A stretch of DNA of 64,000 bases from Planctomycetaceae bacterium (GTDB lineage: Bacteria > Planctomycetota > Planctomycetia > Planctomycetales > Planctomycetaceae). The DNA lies in the NCBI GenBank assembly GCA_002724315.1, contig PBOJ01000102.1, positions 10,925 to 74,924 of the forward strand, written 5' to 3'. This document shows positions 1 through 19,119 of the stretch, piece by piece. A program made the translations under genes and the position numbers. The notes beneath the pieces were generated by a model that did no database searches, was not told where the DNA came from, and saw only the letters and a list, made by a program, of their open reading frames with translations. Positions within the stretch are counted from its first letter, which is position 1. Each line of letters opens with the position of its first letter.

Positions 1-639
1 AGACTCCTCACTACTCGCGTATGTGCCGTGGTGGATCCAGACCTTCACCCCAATCACTCCTTGGGCGGTCTGGGCCACTGCCAATCCGTAATCAATGTGT
101 CTTTGCAGGGTCGAAAGCGGGATCGAGCCACGACTGGCTTTTTCGGTCCGGGACATCTCGGCACCGCCGAGCCGCCCGGAAACCTGAATCTTGACTCCCT
201 GGACACCCGATTCCATGACCTGGTCAAGTGTCCGCTTGATCGCCCGCCGAAAACTGCCCCGCTTCGAGAGCTGAGCCGCCACGTCCTCGGCCACCAGGAC
301 CGCGTTCCGCTGCGGATCGTTGATCTCGACAATCTTCAATTCCATCCGTCGCCCGGTCAGCTTCTCGAGTTCCGCCTCAAGACGCTCGACCTCCTGCCCC
401 TTACGACCGATGATGATTCCCGGCCGGGCGGTGTGCAGGTGGACAACCACGAAGTCCCGTGTCCGCTCGATCTCGATCCGAGAGATCAGCGCGAAGTTGT
501 ACTTCTCCTTGACGAACGACCGAATCTTGTGGTCTTCGATGAGCAGGTCACCGAATTCCCTCTTCGAGGCGTACCAGCGGCTGCGCCAGTCCTCGACGAC
601 ACCCACCCGAAATCCGGTCGGTCGAACCTTTTGTCCCAT
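1..639 (-). CDS. rpsC: 30S ribosomal protein S3, C-terminal part truncated by window edge
   Basis: Manual minus-strand translation from ATG (plus 637-639 = cat): MGQKVRPTGFRVGVVEDWRSRWYASKREFGDLLIEDHKIRSF...GRKGQEVERL...GVKVWIHHG. No stop within window, so absent from ORF track. Position after rplV fits S10-operon order. Confidence 0.9.
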   Translation of the reverse strand, partial: MGQKVRPTGFRVGVVEDWRSRWYASKREFGDLLIEDHKIRSFVKEKYNFALISRIEIERTRDFVVVHLHTARPGIIIGRKGQEVERLEAELEKLTGRRMELKIVEINDPQRNAVLVAEDVAAQLSKRGSFRRAIKRTLDQVMESGVQGVKIQVSGRLGGAEMSRTEKASRGSIPLSTLQRHIDYGLAVAQTAQGVIGVKVWIHHGTYASSEES

Positions 640-730
640 GCCGCTGTCCTTCGTCCCTTTCGGGCCCCGTCCTGTGTTCTGACGAACGTTTGCCTGCCCC
701 TGGGCAGGCCGTATTTGAATCGTTGCTAAC

Positions 731-1072
731 CTAACCCGCCTCGGGGACATCGATCCCCACGTGAATGTGACACTGCCTCTTGCGAATCATGAAGGCCATG
801 CCCCTGGCCCTCGGCTGGATCCTCTTGAACATCGGCCCACCGTCCACCCGCGCCTCGGTGATCTTCAATCGACCGACATGAGCGGTCATTTCCGCGGCAT
901 TGGACTGGGCACTGAGGATGACCTGTTCGAGCATCCTGGCACCACGATTGGGCAGATACTTGAGTGCATCCAGCGCGTCCTCGACGGTCTGGTGGCGGAC
1001 CAGATCGGCCAGAGGACGGACCTTCGTCGCCGAGATCCGTGCGTAGCGATGTGATGCCTTGATAAGGGCCAT
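731..1072 (-). CDS. rplV: 50S ribosomal protein L22
   Basis: ORF 731..1213 trimmed to internal ATG (plus 1070-1072 = cat) giving MALIKASHRYARISATKVRPLADLVRH..., typical L22 N-terminus. Avoids overlap with rpsS. Confidence 0.9.
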   Translation of the reverse strand: MALIKASHRYARISATKVRPLADLVRHQTVEDALDALKYLPNRGARMLEQVILSAQSNAAEMTAHVGRLKITEARVDGGPMFKRIQPRARGMAFMIRKRQCHIHVGIDVPEAG

Positions 1073-1142
1073 TTCGGCCAATCCTTGTTGTGTTGTGTTG
1101 TGTGTTGTGTCTGCTCTTGGTCTGGTGTTCCCGGACAGCCCT

Positions 1143-1412
1143 CTAACGACTGCCCCTGGCCCCGTGTCCCCGAAAGGTTCGAGTCGGAGCGAATTCGCCC
1201 AGCTTGTGGCCAACCATCTCTTCGGTCACGTAGACGCTGATGTGAGCTCGCCCGTTGTGCACCAGAAACGTGTGGCCGATAAACTCCGGCGCAATCGTAC
1301 TCCGCCGCGCCCAGGTCCGGATCGGCTCCTTCCGCTGGTCAACGTCCAACTGCTCAATTTTCTTGAGCAGCTTTTCGTCAACGTAGGGCCCCTTCTTGAG
1401 TGAGCGTCCCAT
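1143..1412 (-). CDS. rpsS: 30S ribosomal protein S19
   Basis: [20 protein letters not shown]...[32 protein letters not shown], canonical S19. Confidence 0.93.
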   Translation of the reverse strand: MGRSLKKGPYVDEKLLKKIEQLDVDQRKEPIRTWARRSTIAPEFIGHTFLVHNGRAHISVYVTEEMVGHKLGEFAPTRTFRGHGARGSR

Positions 1413-1473
1413 GAAGTCGTCTCTCGCTGTGTTCTCTATTGTGCCCGGGTTGGCCTGTCCGGATGGCCCGGAA

Positions 1474-2331
1474 TCAGATCTTCAATTGTCCATAACGACG
1501 TGACCGGCGGCGACGAACGATGGCCCGTGACGACGCCTTCCTCCGCTTCCGGGTCGAGCCACCCTTGGCCAGAACACCGGTCGGACTGCAGGGGTGGCGA
1601 CCACCGGAGTTGCGGCCTTCGCCTCCCCCCATCGGATGAGCCACCGGGTTCATGGCCGTGCCGCGAACGTGAGGCCGCCGTCCCATCCACCGTTTGCGGC
1701 CGGCCTTGCCGAGCACGATGAGGCTGTGTTCCAGGTTGCCAATTTGACCGATCGTGGCACGACACGCGACCGGCAGTCGGCGGACTTCTCCGGAGGGCAG
1801 CGTGATCTGGGCCCACTTCTCCTCGCGGGCATTGAGTACTCCGGCGGCACCGGCACTGCGACACAACTGGCCACCACGCCCCGGCTGCATCTCGATGTTG
1901 TGGATCGTTGTCCCCAGCGGAATTCTCGACAGGGGCATACAGTTGCCGACCTTCGGCTCGGCCCCAGGACCACTCATCACTTCGTCACCGGCCACCATCC
2001 CTTCGGGGGCCAGGATGTACCGCTTCTCACCGTCGACATAGTGCAGCAGCGCGATCCGAGCCGTCCGGCACGGGTCATACTCGATAAACGCCACCTTCGC
2101 CGGCACGCCATCCTTGGTCCGCTTGAAATCGATGACGCGGTATTTCTGTTTGTGTCCACCACCACGGTGCCGCGTGGTGATCTTGCCCTGGTTGTTTCGC
2201 CCACCGGTCTTCTTCCGCCGCCTGGTCAACCGTCGCTCGGGCTTCTTCCGGCGATCGGTCAACTCGGTGAAATCGCTCACCGTCGCGCCGCGGCGGCCGG
2301 GCGTTACCGGCTTGTATTTGCGAATCCCCAT
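1474..2331 (-). CDS. rplB: 50S ribosomal protein L2
   Basis: [15 protein letters not shown]...[20 protein letters not shown]...[18 protein letters not shown], canonical L2. Confidence 0.95.
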   Translation of the reverse strand: MGIRKYKPVTPGRRGATVSDFTELTDRRKKPERRLTRRRKKTGGRNNQGKITTRHRGGGHKQKYRVIDFKRTKDGVPAKVAFIEYDPCRTARIALLHYVDGEKRYILAPEGMVAGDEVMSGPGAEPKVGNCMPLSRIPLGTTIHNIEMQPGRGGQLCRSAGAAGVLNAREEKWAQITLPSGEVRRLPVACRATIGQIGNLEHSLIVLGKAGRKRWMGRRPHVRGTAMNPVAHPMGGGEGRNSGGRHPCSPTGVLAKGGSTRKRRKASSRAIVRRRRSRRYGQLKI

Positions 2332-2464
2332 CGTTGCTGGCTTTCCTGGCTGATCGGGGCTCCGTGATGGAACGCCCGAGCGAGTCCGTGGTTTGTCCTG
2401 GTCTGGCGGTTGTTATCGGCTGATGTGTCTTGTGTGTCTTATCACGGCCACGTGGCACAGCGGC

Positions 2465-2809
2465 TCAGAAGAACGTGATATGGTCTTCTTCATGCAGCTT
2501 GACGACGGCCTTCTTCCAACTCTTGGTGTGCCCCTGGCGGTTCTTGTGACGACGGGGCTTGCCCTGCCGCTTCTGGGTCCTCACCGCCACGACACGGACC
2601 TCAAAGAGTTCCTCGACGGCGGCCCGGATCTGATCCTTGGTCGCCTGCTTGTGCACCTCAAAGGTGTACGCATTCAATTCGTTGTCCTGGGACTGCTCCA
2701 TGCTCTTCTCGGTCACCACCGGGCGAAGGATCACCTGATAGGCTTCGAGATCCAACCCGGCCTTGCGGCCGGCGGTCCCGTTCGACGTTGAAGGAGATGT
2801 CTGATTCAT
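2465..2809 (-). CDS. rplW: 50S ribosomal protein L23
   Basis: YQVILRPVVTEKSM...NAYTFEVHKQATKDQIRAAVEELFEVRVVAVRTQ, L23 family. Positioned between rplD and rplB. N-terminal start uncertain. Confidence 0.85.
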   Translation of the reverse strand: MNQTSPSTSNGTAGRKAGLDLEAYQVILRPVVTEKSMEQSQDNELNAYTFEVHKQATKDQIRAAVEELFEVRVVAVRTQKRQGKPRRHKNRQGHTKSWKKAVVKLHEEDHITFF

Positions 2810-2829
2810 CGTTTGTGCTCCCGGCCGAC

Positions 2830-3519
2830 TCAGTCGGCCTCCTCCTCACCCGACGACGCCTCGTCCGAATCGTCAGCTCCAACCGGCACCGCCTTGGGCG
2901 GCCCTTCACGGAGCAAGTCCAGAGTCTCGGTCGTCAGCACCAACTGCTTCTGGTGGAGCAACTTGTAGGCGTTGAGATCGGCGGCGGGCGAGACCCACAG
3001 GTTGGGAATATTTCGAGCGGCCCGCCAGATGTCGCTGTCGTGAGCAGGAATCGCCAGCAGGCTGGAGGTCTCGGTGAGTTCCAGGGCTGCCAGCACGGCG
3101 GCGACGTGTCGAGTGCGAGGCTCGGAAATCACGAAATCCTGCAGCAACGTCACCTCGTCATCGCGAAATTTACTGAGCAACGCCTGTCGTGTCGCCGTGC
3201 GGATCGCCTTCTTGGGCAACCGGTACGACCAGTCCTTGGGACGCTTGGCGAAGGTGTGTCCGCCACCACGACGAACCGGCGACCGCCTCATACCGGCCCT
3301 TGCCCGTCCGGTCCCCTTCTGGCGATAAAGCTTGCGGGTGGAGCCGCGGACTTCGCCCCGCGACTTGGTCCTGGAAGCCCCCTGCCTCTGGTTGGCTTCG
3401 TACATCACCACCACGTCGTGCAGCAACTGCTTGTTGACATGCAAGGCAAAATCATCGGGATCGAGCTTGTACGACCCGACCTCGTCGCCATTCGTGTCTT
3501 TGACCGGCAAGGTAATCAT
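2830..3519 (-). CDS. rplD: 50S ribosomal protein L4
   Basis: RKLYRQKGTGRARAGMRRSPVRRGGGHTFAKRPKDWSYRLPKK, L4 signature. Confidence 0.9.
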   Translation of the reverse strand: MITLPVKDTNGDEVGSYKLDPDDFALHVNKQLLHDVVVMYEANQRQGASRTKSRGEVRGSTRKLYRQKGTGRARAGMRRSPVRRGGGHTFAKRPKDWSYRLPKKAIRTATRQALLSKFRDDEVTLLQDFVISEPRTRHVAAVLAALELTETSSLLAIPAHDSDIWRAARNIPNLWVSPAADLNAYKLLHQKQLVLTTETLDLLREGPPKAVPVGADDSDEASSGEEEAD

Positions 3520-3575
3520 GTCGAGGAATCCACTTCAGCATCCCGGCCCGATCGACCGGGATTTCAATTCGTATT

Positions 3576-4307
3576 TCAACCCAGCTTGTTGGTTGGACGG
3601 ATCAGCACATAGCCCCCGGGGGGACCGGGCACGCCACCCTTGATCAGCATGGAGTTGGTCTCCGCATCGATCCGGACCACCTGCATGTGGCGGACCGTAC
3701 TCCGGGCATTCCCGTAACGGCCAGGCATTCGCGTCCCCTTGAGGACCCTTGCGGGATCGGCACTCATGCCGATTCCGCCACCGTGCCTGTGCACCCGCTT
3801 CACGCCGTGGCTGGCTCGCTGGCCGGCAAAGTTGTGTCGTTTCATCACTCCGGCGAAGCCGCGTCCCTTGCTGGTCCCCACGACGTCGACGTGCGACATC
3901 TCGGCGAACAATTCCACCGTCAGGGTCTGCCCCACCTCCAGGTCGACGTTTTCCCCGTCGACGCGGAATTCGCGGACGAATTTTTTCGGCTCGCAGTTGG
4001 CCTTCTCAACCGGCTCAACCCCTGCCTCGGCTCTCGCCTTGGACCGCTTGCTGGACAATCCGACCACGTGGCCACGTTCACTGCGACTCGCCTGGCTGCC
4101 CCGGGTACGACGCCCCCCGACGGGCCGTTTCTTGTCCAGGAAACCCAGTTGGACCGCCTCGTACCCATCCCGCTCGACGGTCTTCAACTGCAACACAACG
4201 CACGGACCGGCCTCAACCACGGTGACCGGGATCAAGTCCCCGTCATCGGTGTAGACCTGCGTCATTCCGACCTTGCGGCCCAGAAGTCCGACCGGCATGA
4301 AACCCAT
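3576..4307 (-). CDS. rplC: 50S ribosomal protein L3
   Basis: GLLGRKVGMTQVYTDDGDLIPVTVVEAGPCVVLQLKT...; L3 signature. Confidence 0.92.
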   Translation of the reverse strand: MGFMPVGLLGRKVGMTQVYTDDGDLIPVTVVEAGPCVVLQLKTVERDGYEAVQLGFLDKKRPVGGRRTRGSQASRSERGHVVGLSSKRSKARAEAGVEPVEKANCEPKKFVREFRVDGENVDLEVGQTLTVELFAEMSHVDVVGTSKGRGFAGVMKRHNFAGQRASHGVKRVHRHGGGIGMSADPARVLKGTRMPGRYGNARSTVRHMQVVRIDAETNSMLIKGGVPGPPGGYVLIRPTNKLG

Positions 4308-4357
4308 TTCCTTGTTGTGGTGACCTGCCGGAAAGTTCCGGCCCGCGGAGGGCCGGG

Positions 4358-4681
4358 TCAGCCGGAGGCCTTAATCTTGATGTCAACTCCGGCCGGCAAC
4401 GACAGCTTGTTGAGAGCGTCGATCGTCTTGGGTCCCGGCTGGACAATGTCAATCAGCCGCTTGTGAGTCCGAATCTCGAACTGCTCCCGCGACTTCTTGT
4501 CGATGTGAGGACTCCTCAGCACCGTGTAACGTTCAATACGTGTCGGCAGGGGAATCGGACCATGCACCTCGGCCCCGGTCCGCTTGGCCGTATCCACGAT
4601 TTCCAGCGCGGACTGGTCCAGGACCGAATGGTCGAAGGCCTCCATACGGATTCGGAACCGCTTTTGACTGGCGTCGGCCAC
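4358..4681 (-). CDS. rpsJ: 30S ribosomal protein S10 (GTG start)
   Basis: (M)[78 protein letters not shown]; start codon is GTG (plus 4679-4681 = cac) with GGGGGAG RBS upstream. Confidence 0.93.
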   Translation of the reverse strand: MADASQKRFRIRMEAFDHSVLDQSALEIVDTAKRTGAEVHGPIPLPTRIERYTVLRSPHIDKKSREQFEIRTHKRLIDIVQPGPKTIDALNKLSLPAGVDIKIKASG

Positions 4682-4707
4682 TCAGGCTCCCCCTAATCTT
4701 CAATCCG

Positions 4708-4726
4708 TTCGCGACCGGTTCGCGAA
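4708..4726 (-). promoter_or_regulatory. Hairpin (7-bp stem TTCGCGA/TCGCGAA, loop CCGGT) in the 380-nt fusA-rpsJ spacer, about 25 nt upstream of rpsJ start; possible S10-operon leader element
   Basis: Directly read inverted repeat ttcgcgaCCGGTtcgcgaa; flanked on minus strand by a T7 run upstream. Function inferred only. Confidence 0.25.
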
Positions 4727-5061
4727 CACCCAAAAAAACATTTCCCGACGGGCCGAGACCACGGGCGAGTGCACGGAACCAAGTCGACCAACCGACTCGC
4801 TTGGCCCCTCACGTTCCGCTGCCCTTCTCGGACCGTTTTCCTGTTCAACTGCCACCGCCGATCCCTTCGCAATTCGCTGACAACGTCAGCCGAGCGCAAA
4901 GCGGTCTCCGACGGTGGAAAACGGGCCATATTAGAGACGCTCGTGGGCTTTGTCAACGAAACCGAACCGGCTGCAGGACGAGAAAACCCCTCGGAAAACC
5001 GGGCAAGACGATCCCCGGATCATCCGATTCTCCGAGCTCGCAAATCGACCGATTCGAGCGT

Positions 5062-7284
5062 TCAGCCCAACATGGTCTCGAGCACATCTCGCGGAGCCTC
5101 GTCGTACTTGAGAGGTTCCATCGAATAGGTGGCACGGCCCTGTGAGAGACTGCGGGCCTGTGTCGAATAGCCGAACATCCGGGCCAGAGCGACCTCGGCA
5201 TTGAGTACCGCGAGATCGCCACGACGTTGAGAATTGACGATGACGGCGTGACGAGCGTTCAGATCGGCCTGGATTGGACCGAGAAACTCATCTGGAGTGA
5301 CGACTTCCAGTTGCATCACCGGCTCCAGCAGCAACACTCCCGCCTCGGTCAACAACCTGTGCATCGCGTCGCTGGCAGCCGCCTGCAATGCCACCTCGGT
5401 CGTCTCTTCCTCCCTCATCTCCACCTCCAGCAACTGCACTCGCACGTTCATCAACGGATACCCCAGCGTGCCACCGCCGGCCAGTTCCTCGTGAAGCGAC
5501 TGGACCAGGGACTCGGCGAGCACCGGCGAGAGAGCAAACGGATCAAGGTGACTTTCGAGTTCGGCAGCACACTCCTCGGCAGTCGGAGTGATCGACAACC
5601 GCACGCGGGCAAACTGTGAGGCACCTGCCGAGGTTCTCTGGAATTCCCCCGTCGCCTCGGCCGCTTTCTGGATCGACTCGCGGTAACTCACCCGCGGCTT
5701 GTGGACCCGTACGGTCAACCCGAAATCTCGCTGCATCCTTTCGCGGATCACCTCCAGGTGCAGTTCTCCCATTCCGCTGATGATCGTCTGACCGGTTTCC
5801 TCTGAAACGCGGGCGGTGAAGGTCGGGTCCTGCCGAGCCAGCCGTTCGAGCACCTCAGCCAATTTCTTCCGCTCGGCACTGGTGTCCGGTTCAACGGCCA
5901 TCGAGATCACCGTTTCCGGAAAATCGATCGACTCCAGCAACACCGGCTCACTGGCGTCGCAAAGGGTGTCACCGGTGACGGCGACCTTGGGGCCGATCAC
6001 ACCCACGATATCTCCGGCAATCGCCTGATCGGTCTCGATCTTCTCCCGATCATCGGCCTGCACACGCCAGATCTGGTTGACCAGTTCCTTGTCCCCGGTG
6101 CGAGCATTGACCACACGGGTTCCACCGATGAGCGTTCCGGAATAGATCCGCACGAAGCACAGATCCCCGTGAACATCCGATTGCACCTTGAAGACCAGTC
6201 CACAGAAAGCCGCGTCGGGATCACAGGAACGCTCGATCCCGACCACCCCCTCGCTCTCATCACCTTCCAACGCCTTCTTTCGAGCCTGGCGACGCGCCTG
6301 TTTCCCGGTGAGTTTCACGGCATCGGCGGGAATCCCGACAACGGGAGGGCGGTCCAGTGGGCTGGGAAGATAGGCGGTGACCGCATCCATCAACGGCTGC
6401 ACTCCGATGCAATCGAGCGCCGAGCCGCAGACGGTTGGCTGGAACACGCCGGCCAACGTCCCCTGGCGGAGCAGCCGATGGATGTCCTCAACGGGCACAT
6501 CATCCGTCTCGACGTAGGTCTCCAGCACATCGTCATCGAGAAGCACAACGGCCTCGAGCAATCTCCGTCGCCAGACTTCAACCTCCTGGTTCAGTTCCTC
6601 GGGCACCTCCTCAACGGTGACCTTCGAACCATCTTCGCGGCCATCGAATCTCAGCACCCGGCGGCCAACCAGGTCGATCACCGCGCGAAATCCTTCCCGG
6701 GCATCTCCCAGGGGGCCCTCTCCCAGTGGGATTTGAAGAGCCAGTGGCTGTCCACCCAGCCGGTCAACGATCTCGTCGAAAGTCCGCTCGAAACTTGCTC
6801 CGATTCGGTCGAGCTTGTTGATGAAGCAGATCCGGGGCACGTCATAGCGATTGGCCTGCCTCCAGACGGTTTCACTTTGGGCCTCAACACCTTCGACGGA
6901 ACTGAATATCATCACCGCGCCGTCGAGCACCCTCAGGCTGCGTTCGACCTCTGCCGTAAAGTCCACGTGGCCCGGAGTGTCGATGATGTTGATCGTCGAG
7001 TCCTGCCACTGGCAGGTGATGGCGGCCGAATAGATCGTGATGCCGCGGCGGGCCTCGTCCGGATCGAAGTCGGTGATCGTCGTCCCGTCGTCAACACTGC
7101 CGAGCCGGTGCGATTGTCCACTGTAGAAGAGGATTCGCTCGGTCGTGGTCGTCTTGCCCGCATCGATGTGAGCAACGATGCCGATGTTGCGGACTCGCCC
7201 AATCGCGGCCGCATCGCCGCCGGCAGCCGACTTACCAGGCAAAATGCGCGAAGGCTTTGTTCGCGTCGGCCATCCGGTGGACAT
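5062..7284 (-). CDS. fusA: Elongation factor G
   Basis: [28 protein letters not shown]... through C-terminus. ATG at 7284 overlaps rpsG 3-prime end by 52 nt. An in-frame TTG at 7242 is an alternative start. Confidence 0.95.
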   Translation of the reverse strand: MSTGWPTRTKPSRILPGKSAAGGDAAAIGRVRNIGIVAHIDAGKTTTTERILFYSGQSHRLGSVDDGTTITDFDPDEARRGITIYSAAITCQWQDSTINIIDTPGHVDFTAEVERSLRVLDGAVMIFSSVEGVEAQSETVWRQANRYDVPRICFINKLDRIGASFERTFDEIVDRLGGQPLALQIPLGEGPLGDAREGFRAVIDLVGRRVLRFDGREDGSKVTVEEVPEELNQEVEVWRRRLLEAVVLLDDDVLETYVETDDVPVEDIHRLLRQGTLAGVFQPTVCGSALDCIGVQPLMDAVTAYLPSPLDRPPVVGIPADAVKLTGKQARRQARKKALEGDESEGVVGIERSCDPDAAFCGLVFKVQSDVHGDLCFVRIYSGTLIGGTRVVNARTGDKELVNQIWRVQADDREKIETDQAIAGDIVGVIGPKVAVTGDTLCDASEPVLLESIDFPETVISMAVEPDTSAERKKLAEVLERLARQDPTFTARVSEETGQTIISGMGELHLEVIRERMQRDFGLTVRVHKPRVSYRESIQKAAEATGEFQRTSAGASQFARVRLSITPTAEECAAELESHLDPFALSPVLAESLVQSLHEELAGGGTLGYPLMNVRVQLLEVEMREEETTEVALQAAASDAMHRLLTEAGVLLLEPVMQLEVVTPDEFLGPIQADLNARHAVIVNSQRRGDLAVLNAEVALARMFGYSTQARSLSQGRATYSMEPLKYDEAPRDVLETMLG

Positions 7285-7705
7285 TCTCCCGGGTGGTCAT
7301 CGCGGTACCTTCCCTGTTGAAGGCCGAAATCAATTCTTCAGCCAGTCGCAGATGAATCGGCCGCCCCTTCTTCTCCCGGATCGCCGCCAGAATCCACCGG
7401 ATCGCCAAGGTCTGGCGTCGCTTCGGATTGACCGGTGTCGGCACCTGGTAGGTCGCTCCCCCGACTCGCTTGGAGCGAACCTCGATCATCGGCTTGATGT
7501 TCTCCACAGCCTGTGTGAAGACCTCAATGGGCTCCTCGCCCGAGACCCGTTCGCCGATCACATCCAACGCGTTGTAGAAGACCCGCTGCGCGATGCTCTT
7601 CTTCCCATCGTGCATCAGGCAGTTGACGAACTTCGAGGCCAGCACCGAATCGAACCGAGGATCGGGCTTCAACTGGGCGGCACTGGCAGTAAAACGCTTG
7701 GGCAT
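7232..7705 (-). CDS. rpsG: 30S ribosomal protein S7
   Basis: ORF 7232..7759 trimmed to [31 protein letters not shown]...; S7 family (…[22 protein letters not shown]…). Confidence 0.92.
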   Translation of the reverse strand: MPKRFTASAAQLKPDPRFDSVLASKFVNCLMHDGKKSIAQRVFYNALDVIGERVSGEEPIEVFTQAVENIKPMIEVRSKRVGGATYQVPTPVNPKRRQTLAIRWILAAIREKKGRPIHLRLAEELISAFNREGTAMTTRENVHRMADANKAFAHFAW

Positions 7706-7768
7706 CGGGAAGAACCGGGCGAATCGGAATGGGAGGACCGGGGAGGCAACGAACAGCACACCCAGGAG

Positions 7769-8140
7769 TTATTGAGGTTTCTTGGCTCCGTAACGGCTAC
7801 GGGCTTGGCGACGATCTTCGACGCCCAGCGTATCGAGTACCCCACGGATGATCTTGTATCGGACACCGGGCAAGTCACGCACTCGGCCACCACGAACCAG
7901 CACAATCGAGTGCTCTTGCAGGTTGTGGCCTTCACCGGGAATGTAAGCGGTGACTTCCTTGCCGTTGGAGAGTCGGACACGGGCGACCTTCCGCAAAGCC
8001 GAGTTGGGCTTCTTGGGAGTCACCGTCTTCACCTGAAGGCACACTCCCCGCTTCTGCGGGCAGCCTTCCAGCAATGGCGTGTTGCTCTTGGAACGCTTGC
8101 GCTTCCGCGGCTTGCGTACCAGTTGGTTAATCGTCGGCAC
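7769..8140 (-). CDS. rpsL: 30S ribosomal protein S12 (probable GTG start)
   Basis: (V/M)[33 protein letters not shown]...; canonical S12. GTG at plus 8138-8140 preceded by AGGCGGA RBS. ORF-track start 8167 (TTG) would add 9 residues. Confidence 0.92.
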   Translation of the reverse strand: MPTINQLVRKPRKRKRSKSNTPLLEGCPQKRGVCLQVKTVTPKKPNSALRKVARVRLSNGKEVTAYIPGEGHNLQEHSIVLVRGGRVRDLPGVRYKIIRGVLDTLGVEDRRQARSRYGAKKPQ

Positions 8141-8260
8141 AGGGTCCGCCTGAAAAAAACGGGTCAACTAACGTGAATCGCCCACTCTATTGCGCCCCCG
8201 GGGCGCCGTCAAGCGACGGGATTCAAAGAGCCACAGGGCCTCTCGTCCCCCGATCGCAGG

Positions 8261-12676
<4,416 letters not shown>

Positions 12677-12766
12677 GTGACTTGCTCCTGGCTATGATGC
12701 CGTTTGGATGCCTGTTGTCTCACCTGCAATCGTCGGACCGCAGTCCCTCTCGGGAGTCCTTCCGGG

Positions 12767-16579
<3,813 letters not shown>

Positions 16580-17110
16580 GTCAGGCTCTCTTTTTCCTGT
16601 TCTCTCCGGCCCTTGGGGCTCGGGTCACGCACGAGCCAGACCACGGGGGCCCGGCGAGGCGATCGTTTGGGAACCGGTCAGAAATTCGGAAGGGAAACGC
16701 CGCGAAGCCCTGGTTCGGGCACGCACGCCAACGAAAACTTGAGGGTTGTCGGCTTTCGCACTCGGGGGTCGCAGGGACGAACTCGAAGCAGTCCCTCGTC
16801 CTCCCCTTGACACTCGAGGTGCCAGGGCTGGATTTGGGTTTTGCGAATTTTCGGGGGCCGGCAACGAGAAACACAACGGGTTCGCAGGCTCCATGTCTCG
16901 GCTACGATCCGCGGGTGGGTTCCGATGACCACGGGTAGTCATCGGAGTCAGGGCTGGCAGCGGGGCAGTCGGAGTCAGCAACGGGGTTCGACGTAAAAAA
17001 CGCTTGGCCGCGGGCAACTCGTGACCAGCCGCACGGAAAGCGGCACAGTTACGAGCAGGACACCTGGAGCCGGACGATCCGGATCCAAGGGTCCCGCGTG
17101 ACGACGCGAG

Positions 17111-17533
17111 TCACTTGATCTCGCACGCCCCGCCAGCCGCCTCGATTTCCTCCTTGAGCTGGTTAGCCTCGTCCTCAGAGACTCCTTCCTTGAGTGCTGC
17201 CGGGGCGCTTTCGACCAATTCCTTGGCCTCTTTCAACCCCAGACCAGTTGCGGCGCGAACAGCCTTGATCACCGGGATCTTGCTGTCGCCGAAGCCAGTC
17301 AGCATGACATCGAACTCGGTCTGCTCCGCGGCCGCGTCGCCACCACCGTCACCACCTCCAGGACCCATGGCCATGACCACGCCACCACCGGCGGGTTCAA
17401 TTCCGTGGACTTCCTTGAGGTAGTCGGCTAGCGACTTGGCCTCCAATAGGGTCAGGCCGACCAATTGGTCACCAAGCGTCTTGGTGCCATCGTCGAATTC
17501 AGTCTCGGTCACGGTTGCTTCGTCGGTCGCCAT
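17111..17533 (-). CDS. rplL: 50S ribosomal protein L7/L12
   Basis: …[50 protein letters not shown]…; Gly/Ala-rich hinge; canonical L7/L12. Confidence 0.93.
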   Translation of the reverse strand: MATDEATVTETEFDDGTKTLGDQLVGLTLLEAKSLADYLKEVHGIEPAGGGVVMAMGPGGGDGGGDAAAEQTEFDVMLTGFGDSKIPVIKAVRAATGLGLKEAKELVESAPAALKEGVSEDEANQLKEEIEAAGGACEIK

Positions 17534-17604
17534 CGCTTCATGTCCTCTCGATACGCTCTCGCGTTAGATGGTACTGTACCCGGTTTTCGCCTGATCGCCA
17601 CCGG

Positions 17605-18288
17605 TCAGGCGTCTGATTCCTCGGATTCTGTCTCTGTCGCGGCCTCGGCGTCATCGCCAGAGTCGGCTTCTTCGGCCCCAGCCTCTTCGGCTTCTTCGGC
17701 CCCAGCCTCTTCGGCTTCCTCGGCACCAGCCTCTTCGGCCGATTCGTCAACAGTTGTTTCGTCAGCCGCCCCTTCACCGTCGGCGATGGCCTCAACCTGA
17801 CCGGCCAACTTGCCACCGGGCCCAAGCAGCGCTGCAGCCAAGTTGGCCCCAGGAGCGAGTAGCAACCCGGCAATCTGGCCAATCAATTCCTCACGGCTGG
17901 GACTCTTGGAGAGCTCCTCGACATCGCCCTTGGAAAGTGTGGTGCCTTCGAGCACTCCACCCTTGATGGCGATCAGATCGGATCCAAGTTCATCGACCCA
18001 GCCGGCGATCTCCTTGCTCAGCGAGACGATGTCTTCACCACCGTAGACCAGGCTCGAGGGCCCCTCGAGAATCGGGTCCAGCTCAGTGATTTCCCGGGAG
18101 TGCAGAGCCCGCAGCGCCATCGAGTTCTTGACGGTCAGGACATTGATGTCCTTCTCTCGCAGTGCCAAGCGGAACCGGTTGTCGCTGATCGCGTCGAGCC
18201 GCGAACTGTCGACGACCAGGATCTCGGTCGTGTCACCGATCCGCTGTTGCAGATCGGTCACCAGCATTTCCTTGATCCGTTTACTCAT
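17605..18288 (-). CDS. rplJ: 50S ribosomal protein L10 with C-terminal acidic repeat tail
   Basis: L10 core (MSKRIKEMLVTDLQQRIGDTTEILVVD...). 227 aa versus about 170 typical; extra C-terminal AEEAGAEEAEEAGAEEAEEAGAEEADSGDDAEA encoded by 24-nt tandem repeats. Confidence 0.9.
   Translation of the reverse strand: MSKRIKEMLVTDLQQRIGDTTEILVVDSSRLDAISDNRFRLALREKDINVLTVKNSMALRALHSREITELDPILEGPSSLVYGGEDIVSLSKEIAGWVDELGSDLIAIKGGVLEGTTLSKGDVEELSKSPSREELIGQIAGLLLAPGANLAAALLGPGGKLAGQVEAIADGEGAADETTVDESAEEAGAEEAEEAGAEEAEEAGAEEADSGDDAEAATETESEESDA
17660..17740 (-). repeat. About 3 copies of a 24-nt in-frame tandem repeat (gcctcttcggcttcttcggcccca) encoding AEEAGAEE units in the rplJ 3-prime end
   Basis: Direct reading of sequence 17660-17740. 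Confidence 0.8.
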
Positions 18289-18354
18289 CGGTTCTGACTT
18301 CTTGTTGCCGGGACCACTCGATGGCCCCAGGGCGGTGTTGTGTTGAAAGTGTCT

Positions 18355-19059
18355 CTAGGCAGCCACCGCAATACCCGGCGTCATCGTCGCCGAGATCGTG
18401 AGTGACCTGACGTAGGTGCCTTTGGCCGAGGAAGGCCGCAGCCCCTCGATCATCCGCACCAACGCTCCGGCATTTTCGACCAGTTGCGTTTCATCGAAAC
18501 TCAGTTTGCCCACGACCGCATGGACGTTGCCGAACTTGTCGACGCGGAATTCAATCTTCCCCGCCTTGTACTCCTTGACAGTGGCAGCGACTTCGGTGGT
18601 CACCGTTCCGGCCTTCGGTGAGGGCATCAAGCCGCGAGGACCAAGCACTCGGCCGAGCGGACCCACCAAGCCCATCAGGTCGGGCGTAGCAATGGCCACA
18701 TCGAAGTCCATCCATCCGCCCTGGACCTTCTCGGCCAACTCCTTGGCCCCCACCTCGTCGGCACCCGCCTCCTCCGCTTCTGTCGCCTGGTCCCCCTGGG
18801 CAAAGACGACCACTCTTTGGGTCTTGCCGATTCCGTGGGGCAAAACAAGCGAACCGCGAACGACCTGATCTGCCTGCCGGGGATCGACCCCCAAGCGGAA
18901 GACCAATTCAACGGTCTGGTCAAAGGCGCACTTGCGGACCCCCTCGGGCAAAGACGCTTCCATCGCCTTCAACTCGTGGACCGCCGTGGCCAAGTCGACC
19001 GAACCGACTTCAGCGACTCGCTCCCTAAGGAACGCCATCCGCCGCGATTGTTTTTTCAT
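18355..19059 (-). CDS. rplA: 50S ribosomal protein L1
   Basis: [18 protein letters not shown]...[23 protein letters not shown]...; L1 family. Confidence 0.93.
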   Translation of the reverse strand: MKKQSRRMAFLRERVAEVGSVDLATAVHELKAMEASLPEGVRKCAFDQTVELVFRLGVDPRQADQVVRGSLVLPHGIGKTQRVVVFAQGDQATEAEEAGADEVGAKELAEKVQGGWMDFDVAIATPDLMGLVGPLGRVLGPRGLMPSPKAGTVTTEVAATVKEYKAGKIEFRVDKFGNVHAVVGKLSFDETQLVENAGALVRMIEGLRPSSAKGTYVRSLTISATMTPGIAVAA

Positions 19060-19119
19060 CGCTCCTCACCCCCCAACCCGCGCGCCGGGAAACCCTCTGT
19101 TTTAGGCCCCCGCGAGCCG

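Noticed and set aside
4693-4956. 87-aa ORF in the fusA-rpsJ spacer, and several 60-130-aa ORFs in the rplL-rpoB spacer (16581-17017)
   Set aside because: Located in known leader/attenuator regions of ribosomal operons. No RBS or start context or motif. Treated as non-coding.
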